From assembly GCA_002506365.1 (NCBI GenBank), contig DAXK01000025.1, positions 34,692-98,691 of the forward strand: a DNA stretch of 64,000 nt. Reading direction: 5' to 3'. Source of the DNA: an archaeon UBA583 (GTDB lineage Archaea; Nanobdellota; Nanobdellia; Woesearchaeales; UBA583). Under the pieces are notes generated by a model that had not been told where the DNA came from, did not search any database, and was given only the letters and a program-made list of their open reading frames with translations. The translations under genes were made by a program, and so were the position numbers. Below, one piece after another: positions 17,313 through 26,212 of this stretch (its first letter is position 1; the number at the start of each line of letters is the position of its first letter).

Positions 17313-18440
17313 TCAATTCTTTATATCTTCCTTTTTAATTTCAAATCTTGACCCTAAATAAATCTTATTTACTTTACCTACTCTAATTCTCTTTAGAATC
17401 TTCTTATTATCCAATTTAGATATAATCTTACTCAAATTTGATTTTGTAAGTTTTGGTAAAAAATTTAAAATATCATACTGTGAAATCCCATCATTTTCCT
17501 TAACACAAGATACAACTAACTTCTCATTATCAGTTAAAAATCTCGCCATAACTTCTCGATACTCCTCTTCATTAAACCCAGGTTTTTCAGGCTCAATAGA
17601 CAAATCATCTTTTGTTAAAATTTCAATATCTTCCTCAGACACTTTATCTTGAACATCATCATAAGACACATCATCTGAACTACTTTTATCTTCTTTAACT
17701 CCTTCAGCAATAATTTTCTTTTTAACATCAGCTTTCACCCCTTTTTTAGCCTTAAAAGTTCGATTCAAACTTATGTTAACATTAAATAATCTAAACTTAC
17801 TTGAAAAAATAAACATTAAAACTAAAATTACTAAAGTAGATAACAAAACAACTCCAGATACAATAATTATTAAATTATCAGTCCAAAATTTATTATTTTT
17901 AATATCATCAATTGAATTTAAATTTGAAAACTCTAAACGAAATAATTCCTCTCTATCAATATTAGATAATTCCCAATTAAAACTACCATCATCTAAAACT
18001 CTATAATCTCTTGGAAAAAAAGTTTCAATATTCCCAATATTCTCAACTAATTCAACATTCATAATTAATTTATCAACTACAAAATTAAAATTTGAATATA
18101 ACTCAAAAGCATTTTTTTCATAAATATTTTGAGTAATTGTCTCTGAAACAAATCTTATCTTAAAAGAACTATTTCTCACAGTATGTGGATTTACAATAAT
18201 GTAATCTCCAGCAATTGAATATTTAATTTTATCTCCATAATTTGAAATTAATGACTCAACTTTCGCATCACTAGGTTTTTCAAAAGAAAAACTTCTATAA
18301 GACTCAGTTTCATCAAAAATAAATTCATAATCAAACACAGAATAAGTAGAATAAATATCTACATTCACATTAACATTGGCAGCATTTAACCCTGCAAATG
18401 TTAAAAAAAAAATTAAAAAACTAAATAATTGCTTAAGCAT
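17313..18440 (-). CDS. Membrane-spanning protein: signal peptide, ectodomain, TM helix, acidic linker, C-terminal winged-helix (MarR/TrmB-like) DNA-binding domain
   Basis: Signal peptide FSFLIFFLTFAGLNA. TM helix IIIVSGVVLLSTLVILVLMFIF. C-terminus LTDNEKLVVSCVKENDGISQYDILNFLPKLTKSNLSKIISKLDNKKILKRIRVGKVNKIYL has a wHTH pattern. Confidence 0.6.
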   Translation of the reverse strand: MLKQLFSFLIFFLTFAGLNAANVNVNVDIYSTYSVFDYEFIFDETESYRSFSFEKPSDAKVESLISNYGDKIKYSIAGDYIIVNPHTVRNSSFKIRFVSETITQNIYEKNAFELYSNFNFVVDKLIMNVELVENIGNIETFFPRDYRVLDDGSFNWELSNIDREELFRLEFSNLNSIDDIKNNKFWTDNLIIIVSGVVLLSTLVILVLMFIFSSKFRLFNVNISLNRTFKAKKGVKADVKKKIIAEGVKEDKSSSDDVSYDDVQDKVSEEDIEILTKDDLSIEPEKPGFNEEEYREVMARFLTDNEKLVVSCVKENDGISQYDILNFLPKLTKSNLSKIISKLDNKKILKRIRVGKVNKIYLGSRFEIKKEDIKN

Positions 18441-18493
18441 CTAACTATAATGGGTTAAACAATATTTATAAACTTTATTAAACAAGTTAACCT

Positions 18494-19210
18494 ATGATTA
18501 ATCACATAGGATTTATAATGGACGGTAACAGAAGATTTGCTGCAAAAAACAATATGGACAAAAAACAAGGATATACTCTAGGTTTAGAGCAGTTTATAAA
18601 TTTTGTAAAATATCAAATTAAATATCAAATCAAAGAAACCAGTTATTTCGCACTATCTAGTGACAATTTAGAAAAAAGAGAAAAAACTGAATTAAATATT
18701 TTAAAGAAACTATTGGAAACTCTAACACAAAATCCAGACACAAAAAAATTATTTATTGAAAATAAAATCAAACTTCAAATTAAAGGTTACAATGATAAAA
18801 ATGACAATAAATTAAAAGAATTTGGCATAAATAAATTTCAAAATGAAATTGATGAATGGAACAATAAAAATCAAAATTATGATTTTATCGTAAATATCGC
18901 ATTAAACTATGATGGTCAATTAGAGATTTCTGAAGCTTTTAAAAAAATTCATAATAAAATTCAAAATAATGAACTTACTGTTGAACAAATCACTCCGAAA
19001 ATAATTAAAGAAAATATTTGGTTTAATGGAAATACTCCTGAGATTATCGTAAGGCCTGGAGATGCTCCAAGATTATCAGGATTTATGCTTTGGGATAGTG
19101 AATACTCAGAAATATACTTAACTAAAAAATTATGGCCTGAATTAGACGAAAACGATTTTAAAAACATAATTGAATGGTTCTCAAAACAAAATAGAAATTT
19201 TGGTAAATAA
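18494..19210 (+). CDS. uppS: Undecaprenyl/di-trans,poly-cis-prenyl diphosphate synthase (cis-prenyltransferase)
   Basis: IGFIMDGNRRFA at the N-terminus and RPGDAPRLSGFMLWDSEYSEIY near the C-terminus. Confidence 0.9.
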   Translation: MINHIGFIMDGNRRFAAKNNMDKKQGYTLGLEQFINFVKYQIKYQIKETSYFALSSDNLEKREKTELNILKKLLETLTQNPDTKKLFIENKIKLQIKGYNDKNDNKLKEFGINKFQNEIDEWNNKNQNYDFIVNIALNYDGQLEISEAFKKIHNKIQNNELTVEQITPKIIKENIWFNGNTPEIIVRPGDAPRLSGFMLWDSEYSEIYLTKKLWPELDENDFKNIIEWFSKQNRNFGK

Positions 19211-19268
19211 TTTACATTATAAATTTTAAATAATAAGAATAAAAATAATTTTTATGTGAATAAATTAT

Positions 19269-19583
19269 TTACATATACTTATCTAACCAAGAATCAACAT
19301 CAGGTTCAGAATTTCCTGAATTAACTAATGAAACTTTTAAAGATTCTCTTGGATAGGAATCCTTATACTGATTAATATAATTTTTAGCTTTTTCTTCAGC
19401 ATCAGATAAAGTTGGAGAAAAATTCGCATTTTTATTAACTCCTCCTGAATAGCTCGACATACTCTCAAACTGACTTTCTTTTTTCTTTTTAATTCTAATA
19501 AACCCAATAACAATTGCTAAAAAACCAGGTATAACAATTATCAATAATTTTGTAAGTTCAGATAACTCATTCCAACCAGCCAT
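19269..19583 (-). CDS. Small single-pass membrane protein, hypothetical
   Basis: TM helix LLIIVIPGFLAIVIGFIRI. Its start lies 1 nt after the gap stop, so co-transcription is likely. Confidence 0.5.
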   Translation of the reverse strand: MAGWNELSELTKLLIIVIPGFLAIVIGFIRIKKKKESQFESMSSYSGGVNKNANFSPTLSDAEEKAKNYINQYKDSYPRESLKVSLVNSGNSEPDVDSWLDKYM

Positions 19584-19584
19584 A

Positions 19585-20643
19585 TTACTTTTTAGAAATT
19601 ACTTTCATAACCTCCACCATTCTATTAGAGAATCCCCACTCATTATCATACCAAACAACTAATTTTAACATATTACCTCCAACAACTTCAGTGCATAAAC
19701 CATCAACAATTCCTGAATGTGGATTTCCAATAATATCAGATGAAACTAATTCATCCTCAGAATATTCAACAACTCCATTTAATTTATTTAAAGATAATTT
19801 CTTTAAAAATTCATTAATTTCATCTTTAGTAACATCTTTATTTAATTCTAAATTTAAATCAGTAACACTACCATCAATTGTTGGAACTCTATAAGCAATT
19901 CCATGTAATTTCCCTTCCAGTTCAGGAATTAAACGAATTACAGCTTTTGCAGCCCCAGTTGTAGTAGGAACAATATTAAATGGTGCAGCTCTCCCCCTTC
20001 TTAAATTAGAATGAGTTGCATCTAAAATTCTTTGATCACCAGTAACTGAATGAATTGTTGCAAACATTCCTTTTTTAATTCCAAATTTTTTATTAATCTC
20101 ATTAACAATTGCTGACATTGAATTAGTTGTACAACTTCCATTTGAAACAATATCTTGATTATCATACTCATAATCATTAACTCCACGAACAAAATAAAAA
20201 CAATCTCCTTTAGCTGGCGCAGATAATAACATTTTCTTAGCTCCTTGTTTTAAATGAACTCTAGCATCAGCAACTTTTGTAAACATTCCCGTACACTCAC
20301 AAACAACATCCACATCTAATTCCCCCCAAGGTAAATTATTAACAAATCTTTCTTGTAAAACTTTAATTTTTTTAGTTCCTACAACTAAATACTCGCCATC
20401 AACAGAAACTGGAACATCAAAAGTTCCCTGCGCTGTATCATGTTTTAAATAATAAGCACACGCATTAACATCTGATAAATCATTAATAGCCACAAATTCA
20501 ACATTTGGATCATGATATCCAGCTCTTAAAATCATTCTACCAATTCTTCCAAATCCATTAATTGCAATTCTTACTTTTTTATTAGAAGAAATTTCTTTTT
20601 TAACTTTTTTTAAATCTACATCACTCATACAATTTTTATACAA
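19585..20643 (-). CDS. gap: Glyceraldehyde-3-phosphate dehydrogenase, class I (bacterial/eukaryal type)
   Basis: INGFGRIGR dinucleotide loop. The SNGSCTTNS active-site Cys motif and WYDNEWGFSNR C-terminal motif are class I hallmarks. Confidence 0.9.
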   Translation of the reverse strand: MYKNCMSDVDLKKVKKEISSNKKVRIAINGFGRIGRMILRAGYHDPNVEFVAINDLSDVNACAYYLKHDTAQGTFDVPVSVDGEYLVVGTKKIKVLQERFVNNLPWGELDVDVVCECTGMFTKVADARVHLKQGAKKMLLSAPAKGDCFYFVRGVNDYEYDNQDIVSNGSCTTNSMSAIVNEINKKFGIKKGMFATIHSVTGDQRILDATHSNLRRGRAAPFNIVPTTTGAAKAVIRLIPELEGKLHGIAYRVPTIDGSVTDLNLELNKDVTKDEINEFLKKLSLNKLNGVVEYSEDELVSSDIIGNPHSGIVDGLCTEVVGGNMLKLVVWYDNEWGFSNRMVEVMKVISKK

Positions 20644-20761
20644 ATAACCTAATTAATAATTTATAATCTTTTAATAGTGAGTATAGAATTTAAATTAAAA
20701 AAATACAACACAATTCAAAACATTTATAAGTGAATAATAACTATTTTTAATATCAGGTAAT

Positions 20762-20836
20762 GACCACATTAGTGTAACCTGGTTAGCACCTATGGTTGTG
20801 GCTCATAGAGTCCGGGTTCAAATCCCGGGTGTGGTC
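20762..20836 (+). tRNA. tRNA-His (anticodon GTG) with a genomically encoded G-1
   Basis: Eight-bp acceptor GACCACAT/GTGTGGTC (G-1:C73). D-stem GTGT/GCAC. Anticodon stem TATGG/TCATA with loop TTGTGGC. T-arm CCGGG-TTCAAAT-CCCGG. Confidence 0.85.
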
Positions 20837-21018
20837 CTTAATCGAAACATTAGTTTCAAAAAAGATAACACGCCACAAATAAGATTAAATCAAAAAGATT
20901 TAAACTTTTTTAAATTCTAAATAAAAATTAAATAACTAAAAAACAAATTATACTATTTTAAATTATTCTAAAAATAAAATTAGATATCTTAATAAACAAA
21001 AATAAGTTATTTATTTCT

Positions 21019-21579
21019 ATGAGACATCACAGTCACAAAGATAAAACTGAAAGATTTTTAATTGATTTTGAAGAAACATCTCCAACAGTAATGCTTGGAC
21101 TTATGGTTATATCACTTGGACTTTATTCTATTATTTGGATTTATATCACAAATAAACAACTTGAAGACCACGACAAACACGCACCTGAAAGTTCCAGAGG
21201 AATCTCAGTTATGGCAATTTTACCACTTATTTGGTTTTTTTTAACCTCATTAATTGAGAATAAATTATTAACTACATCAATCCCATTATTATATACAATT
21301 TTAAAAATAGGTGTATGGGGATTTATCTTTTTTTTAATTATTAAATTTTTAATGGATTTTGTTCAATCATTCACAAATATTACTAAAAGTCAACCATTCA
21401 TTTGGAATTCATTAAATATAATCGGAATTATCGGATTACTCGGATTAATCCTACATAAACCATATATGTATCCATTTTTAATTGGAATTATATTTTCAGT
21501 AATTGGAATGCAAACAGAATTAAACTCATTATTAAAAAGTCACAACATTAAAAAAGTTGGTAGTAATTATTACAAATAA
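21019..21579 (+). CDS. Polytopic membrane protein, hypothetical
   Basis: ORF track. There are 4-5 hydrophobic segments (e.g. VMLGLMVISLGLYSIIWIYI, GVWGFIFFLIIKFLM). Confidence 0.55.
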   Translation: MRHHSHKDKTERFLIDFEETSPTVMLGLMVISLGLYSIIWIYITNKQLEDHDKHAPESSRGISVMAILPLIWFFLTSLIENKLLTTSIPLLYTILKIGVWGFIFFLIIKFLMDFVQSFTNITKSQPFIWNSLNIIGIIGLLGLILHKPYMYPFLIGIIFSVIGMQTELNSLLKSHNIKKVGSNYYK

Positions 21580-21585
21580 ATTAAA

Positions 21586-21765
21586 ATGTCATATAAACTA
21601 ATATTACCTCACGAGTTTATTGACTCAGATGATTTCAATTATGTATATATAATATTAATAATTACAATAATTCTTACAACATACATTCTTCAATTTTTCA
21701 TAGAATTAAAAGATATAATTATTTTATCAATTATACTTTTTTTAATAACAAAATACACTAAATAA
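21586..21765 (+). CDS. Possible 59-aa membrane mini-protein (below the ORF-track cutoff)
   Basis: My translation is MSYKLILPHEFIDSDDFNYVYIILIITIILTTYILQFFIELKDIIILSIILFLITKYTK. It starts 6 nt after the upstream gene's stop. Confidence 0.3.
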   Translation: MSYKLILPHEFIDSDDFNYVYIILIITIILTTYILQFFIELKDIIILSIILFLITKYTK

Positions 21766-21772
21766 AATATAA

Positions 21773-22609
21773 TTAATCATAATTTTTTGTAGGAATAATC
21801 ACCTTTGAACATCCAATACTACTCCCGCCATTTGTAAAATTAATATTTCTTTGAGCATTAAATTCCCCATACTCTTCAAATTTTTCAATATACACACCAG
21901 AAAATCCATCAATTGAAGAATCTGCAATTAAATAATTAATTAATGAACTCCCATAAATTCCAAAAAAACGTGAAACCGTAGAAGTGAAACTCTCGGTGGC
22001 TTCTGCATAGATTGAACCTTCTGAATCAAATTTAGGTTTATACGCATAACCCAAAACCCTTAAATATTCTCCTTGCTCAACATTTGACATTAAACCTTTT
22101 GAACTTAAAAAAATTTTATTAGTATTAACCATCTCAGACTCATTATTAAATAAACTTCTATACCTATCCTCAATTAACATTTTAGAAAATTTAATATTAA
22201 AATTATCTATGTCCTCAACTACTTTAACAAATCCACAATGAATACACACAGATTTATCCTCAATCCCAGCACCAAAAAAATCTTTACCAGCACCAATTTC
22301 ACTATAACAATTAGTAAGTAATTTTGCAGTATCAGACATTTTAGTTTGAGATAACTCAACATCCTTAGACGGACAAATATCACTAACAGAAGTTAATAAT
22401 AATGAAGTAATTGTATCTAATCCACCTCCAAAATATTTTGGTTTCCCATCCAAATTTGAAACAAAAAAATTACACACATTAACCTCAGAATCATAAGAAT
22501 CATTCAAAAAATCATAAACAAAAAAAATCATCAAAATTAAAATTATAACTCCCAATAAAACTTCTATTAGTTGAGTAAATTTCAAATCTCCTTTTTTATA
22601 ATATTTCAT
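21773..22609 (-). CDS. N-terminally anchored or secreted hypothetical protein with a pilin-like leader
   Basis: MKYYKKGDLKFTQLIEVLLGVIILILMIFFV has a basic KKG followed by FTQLIE plus a hydrophobic helix. This resembles a class III (prepilin-type) signal. The rest is Cys-containing and presumably extracytoplasmic. Confidence 0.5.
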   Translation of the reverse strand: MKYYKKGDLKFTQLIEVLLGVIILILMIFFVYDFLNDSYDSEVNVCNFFVSNLDGKPKYFGGGLDTITSLLLTSVSDICPSKDVELSQTKMSDTAKLLTNCYSEIGAGKDFFGAGIEDKSVCIHCGFVKVVEDIDNFNIKFSKMLIEDRYRSLFNNESEMVNTNKIFLSSKGLMSNVEQGEYLRVLGYAYKPKFDSEGSIYAEATESFTSTVSRFFGIYGSSLINYLIADSSIDGFSGVYIEKFEEYGEFNAQRNINFTNGGSSIGCSKVIIPTKNYD

Positions 22610-22624
22610 TTTTAATAACTAAAT

Positions 22625-24142
22625 TTAATCCTCAACATCAAATAATTTTTTAGCAATTTGTTTTGAATCAAAAACAATTAAATCATCATAAGTTTGACCA
22701 ACACCTAAAAAATAAATTGGTTTATCAATTGAATAAGCAGTCGTTACAACACTCCCCGGTTTCTCATCAGTATCAACCTTAGTTAAAATTGTCCCATCAA
22801 CTTTAACTCCTTGATTAAATAAATTAATTTGATCAATCAAATCATTTCCAGAAACTGAATCTCCAACAAAAATTGCCATATCTGATTTTGAAACTCTCTT
22901 AACTTTTTCAAGTTCCATCATTAAATTAGAATTATTTGGCATACGCCCAGCAGTATCAATTAAAACTACATCAATCTTTTTAGCTTTAGCATGTTCAATT
23001 GCATCATACGCAACTGCAGCTGGATCTCCCCCACCCTTATGCATAATTAATTTAAAATCAAGAGCCTTTGAATGTTCTTCTAATTGTTCAACAGCAGCAG
23101 CCCTAAATGTATCTGCAGCAGCAACTACAACAGACTTATTATTATTTTGTAAATACTTTACAATCTTTGCAATAGTTGTAGTCTTACCAGTCCCATTAAC
23201 TCCTAAAACTAAAATTTTAACAGGTTCATCAGAACTAAAAGAATTTAATTTATCTAAAAAACTAGACTCATGTTTTTTTAAAACTTCTTCAACTTCACTC
23301 TCCAAAACTTCACGAATTTTTTCCGACAATTTAAACCTATTAAAAGATTTTCCAACCAATTCAGTTTTCAACTTTCTTTCAACTTTTTCAACAATTTCAA
23401 AAGCAATATTAATCTCTAATAAAAACATTTGTAGTTCAACCCAAATATTATCAAAATCATCAGATGAAATAGTTTTTGCTTTTAACTTTGAAAAAAAACC
23501 ACTACTAGATTCATTCTCAGCATCAAAAACTTTTTTTTTTGTTTCCTCAAAAACTTCTTCAACTGATTCATTTGGAATTTCATGAACTTTATCTAAATTT
23601 TCACCTTCAACTTCAGATTCTAATTCCTCTGAAATTTCATCCATTTTTGAAGAATCAGAAATATCAGACATTACATCCTCCTCTAATTTTTCTTCAACTT
23701 TTTCTTTTTCTTCTAATTCAGATATATTTTCAGAAACTTCTTTTTTAGATAAATCATGATGTTCCTTAATTGCTGATTTTTCAGATTCAGATACATCTTC
23801 AAGCATCTCATCCTCAACCTTTTCCAATTCTTCTACATCTTTTTTATCCTCATCTTCCTTATCAGATGATCCAAAAATTCGCCCCAAAAATCCTTTCTTT
23901 TTAGGTTCCTCAATATCCTCTTCTTTTAAAATATGATCTTCAGAAACTTCAAATTCATCTACAGATTCATCTCCACTAGAACTTTTAACTTCATTTTCAA
24001 TTTCTTTATCAATTTCTTCTAATTTAGGTGTTTTAGGAATTGATTCAACTTCAACCTCCTCAACTGTATCATGATTATCTTCAACATAATCTTCAGAACT
24101 TTTGAAAACATTTTTCAGTTTCCCTTTAATTTTACCAAACAT
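22625..24142 (-). CDS. ftsY: Signal recognition particle receptor FtsY with a long acidic N-terminal domain
   Basis: GVNGTGKTTTIAKI (G1), DTAGR (G3), TKVDT (G4), and an acidic E/D/K-rich N-terminus of about 200 aa. Confidence 0.95.
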   Translation of the reverse strand: MFGKIKGKLKNVFKSSEDYVEDNHDTVEEVEVESIPKTPKLEEIDKEIENEVKSSSGDESVDEFEVSEDHILKEEDIEEPKKKGFLGRIFGSSDKEDEDKKDVEELEKVEDEMLEDVSESEKSAIKEHHDLSKKEVSENISELEEKEKVEEKLEEDVMSDISDSSKMDEISEELESEVEGENLDKVHEIPNESVEEVFEETKKKVFDAENESSSGFFSKLKAKTISSDDFDNIWVELQMFLLEINIAFEIVEKVERKLKTELVGKSFNRFKLSEKIREVLESEVEEVLKKHESSFLDKLNSFSSDEPVKILVLGVNGTGKTTTIAKIVKYLQNNNKSVVVAAADTFRAAAVEQLEEHSKALDFKLIMHKGGGDPAAVAYDAIEHAKAKKIDVVLIDTAGRMPNNSNLMMELEKVKRVSKSDMAIFVGDSVSGNDLIDQINLFNQGVKVDGTILTKVDTDEKPGSVVTTAYSIDKPIYFLGVGQTYDDLIVFDSKQIAKKLFDVED

Positions 24143-24201
24143 ACTAAAAATATAACTTTAAACTTTAAAAACTTTAAGTGTAACTAAATATAATATTAAT
24201 A

Positions 24202-24876
24202 TTATTTATATCTATTTAATTCATCACCAGCTAAAACTAAATGGTGTAACTCAACAGGCCTCCACTCATCAAAAACTAAATCAGCTGAAAGCCACCCACA
24301 AATTTCATCCGCATTTCCAATTGTAGCTGATAACCCAATAATTCTAATATTAGAATATTTTGCTTTAAAAATTGATAATAAAACTTCTAAAGTAGCACCC
24401 CTAGACTCATCATTAATTAAATGAACTTCATCTGCAATAACTAAACCTACATCATCTAAAAAATGACGTGAATGTCTAATCATACTATCTAATTTCTCAG
24501 AAGTTAACATTAAAACATCAAACTCATTTGCAAATCTTTCATCAGTTGCATCTCCAACAGAAATTTTTACACTAAAATCTTCGCCGTAAGTTTCTTTAAA
24601 TTCCCTATACTTTTCACTAGCTAAAGCTTTTAATGGCACAACATACAAAACTCTCTTTTTTTTATTTAAAATAGTATCAAGCATTGCTAATTCTGCAACT
24701 AAAGTTTTCCCCGAACCAGTCGGAGTACAAACAATTTGATTGTTAGAATTAGAAAATAAACCTTTTTCAATTGATTTAATCTGTGATGGTCTAAACTCTA
24801 AAATTCCTTGTTTTTTTAAAATATCTCCAATATTCTCAGGAATCTTAGAAAAAATATTATCATTATTTTTAGTCAT
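24202..24876 (-). CDS. Ski2/Hel308-like superfamily-2 helicase fragment (RecA1 domain only); a split gene or a remnant
   Basis: Motif I TPTGSGKT, Ia VVPLKALASEK, II DEVH, III SAT, then WRPVEL and a stop. Motifs IV-VI (RecA2) are absent. FtsY starts only 59 bp downstream. Confidence 0.65.
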   Translation of the reverse strand: MTKNNDNIFSKIPENIGDILKKQGILEFRPSQIKSIEKGLFSNSNNQIVCTPTGSGKTLVAELAMLDTILNKKKRVLYVVPLKALASEKYREFKETYGEDFSVKISVGDATDERFANEFDVLMLTSEKLDSMIRHSRHFLDDVGLVIADEVHLINDESRGATLEVLLSIFKAKYSNIRIIGLSATIGNADEICGWLSADLVFDEWRPVELHHLVLAGDELNRYK

Positions 24877-24999
24877 ACAACTAACTAAGCACTAAAAGTT
24901 TAAATATTTAACCTAATAAATATAAAGTTAAAAAACCATAAATAAATGCTAAAAATGAAATAAAAATATTTCATTTTTTAAAATATTAATAATTTAAAA

Positions 25000-25107
25000 A
25001 TGGAAACAGAAAATGTTAAAAATTGCGATAACTGTGGTGAAGAAAATTTGTTAACAAATTTAAAAGTAAGTTTAGGAGGAATGAAATTATGCCCTACATG
25101 TGAATAA
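25000..25107 (+). CDS. Zinc-ribbon mini-protein 1 (35 aa)
   Basis: My translation is METENVKNCDNCGEENLLTNLKVSLGGMKLCPTCE. It has the pattern CxxC-x18-CxxC. A TATA-like TTTTTAAAATAT lies about 20-30 nt upstream. Confidence 0.5.
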   Translation: METENVKNCDNCGEENLLTNLKVSLGGMKLCPTCE

Positions 25108-25161
25108 ATTATTATTATTCAAACATTTTTAAAATAAACTAAAAAAATCAAACTAAAAAAA

Positions 25162-25281
25162 ATGGAACACGAAATGAAACAATGTGATAAATGCGAAAGA
25201 CTAGTAAATATTCAAGACCTTAAACAAATTGAGGATAAAAGTGTTTGTAAAGATTGTCAAACAACTAAAAAACTAAATTAA
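25162..25281 (+). CDS. Zinc-ribbon mini-protein 2 (39 aa)
   Basis: My translation is MEHEMKQCDKCERLVNIQDLKQIEDKSVCKDCQTTKKLN. It has the pattern CxxC-x17-CxxC. TTTTTAAAATAA lies upstream. Confidence 0.5.
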   Translation: MEHEMKQCDKCERLVNIQDLKQIEDKSVCKDCQTTKKLN

Positions 25282-25414
25282 TTAATCAATATTATGTGAA
25301 ATAATAATTTTATATATTATTTTATTTAAAATAAAAACTGAAACAAAAATAAATAAATAATTCTAAAAAATCAACCTCAATAATATATAGTTAATTCTAC
25401 TACTTTTAATTACA

Positions 25415-25519
25415 ATGAAACAAATAGACAAAGTATGCGAAGATTGCGGGAAAACTTTTAAAGTGGCTCAGAAAGAATTATTTAAAACTAAAATTTGTAT
25501 GCCCTGTTTAAACAATTAA
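25415..25519 (+). CDS. Zinc-ribbon mini-protein 3 (34 aa)
   Basis: My translation is MKQIDKVCEDCGKTFKVAQKELFKTKICMPCLNN. It has the pattern CxxC-x16-CxxC. AATATATAG lies upstream. Confidence 0.5.
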   Translation: MKQIDKVCEDCGKTFKVAQKELFKTKICMPCLNN

Positions 25520-25614
25520 TTATAATTGCTTAAATTCTAAAACTACTACCTTAAATAATAAAATAATTAAAATAATTATACTAAAATATAATATAAAAAT
25601 AATTAAAATCTCAT

Positions 25615-26169
25615 TTAATTAAATTTAATATTATACTTTTTCTCAAAAATATTAAAAACAAATTCATAAAAACTTTCATTATTTGGAACAAATTTATTCT
25701 CATTCTCAAAATAAAATCTTTTTAAATCAACTAACTTAATTTTTTCAAGTTTTGAAACTTCATCATTTAAAATAAAATTAAACTTATCTCCAAAAACAAA
25801 ATAAGTATGTCTAAATTCATTCTCAAACCAACCACAATTTAACTCTTGTTTAAACCTAAAAATAAATTCCTCACCCAATTCATCTTCGCTAAAATCTAAA
25901 CCAACTTCCTCAATACATTCCCTAACAGCTCCTTGACGACCACTCTCCCCAGTATCAACATGACCTCCAACACACACATCATACTTTCCAGGATGACGAA
26001 CATTATCTCCACGAACTTGAAAATACACATAACCATTTTCAATAACCCAAATATTTGCTGCTCTATGACATAAATTATTTTCATGTAAATCAAAATAATC
26101 TGTAGTTTTTCCAGTAGGTTTATTATTTTCATCAACAATATCAATATCTGCATAAACTTGTTTTTCCAT
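25615..26169 (-). CDS. Nudix hydrolase (IDI-1/ADP-ribose pyrophosphatase-like)
   Basis: Complete Nudix box GGHVDTGESGRQGAVRECIEEVGL. Confidence 0.85.
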   Translation of the reverse strand: MEKQVYADIDIVDENNKPTGKTTDYFDLHENNLCHRAANIWVIENGYVYFQVRGDNVRHPGKYDVCVGGHVDTGESGRQGAVRECIEEVGLDFSEDELGEEFIFRFKQELNCGWFENEFRHTYFVFGDKFNFILNDEVSKLEKIKLVDLKRFYFENENKFVPNNESFYEFVFNIFEKKYNIKFN

Positions 26170-26212
26170 TTTTAAAAATATAACAAAAAAATAAATAATT
26201 ATTCTAAAATAA

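Noticed and set aside
17773-20000. ORFs 17773-18006 (+), 18961-19167 (-) and 19691-19894 (+)
   Set aside because: Each is antisense to a well-supported gene (the membrane wHTH protein, uppS and gap).
23539-23748. 69-aa plus-strand ORF
   Set aside because: It is antisense to the acidic N-terminal domain of ftsY. The low-complexity mirror sequence explains it.
25896-26153. 85-aa minus-strand ORF in an alternative frame of the Nudix gene
   Set aside because: The other frame carries a complete Nudix box. This frame is M/I/L/K-rich noise.
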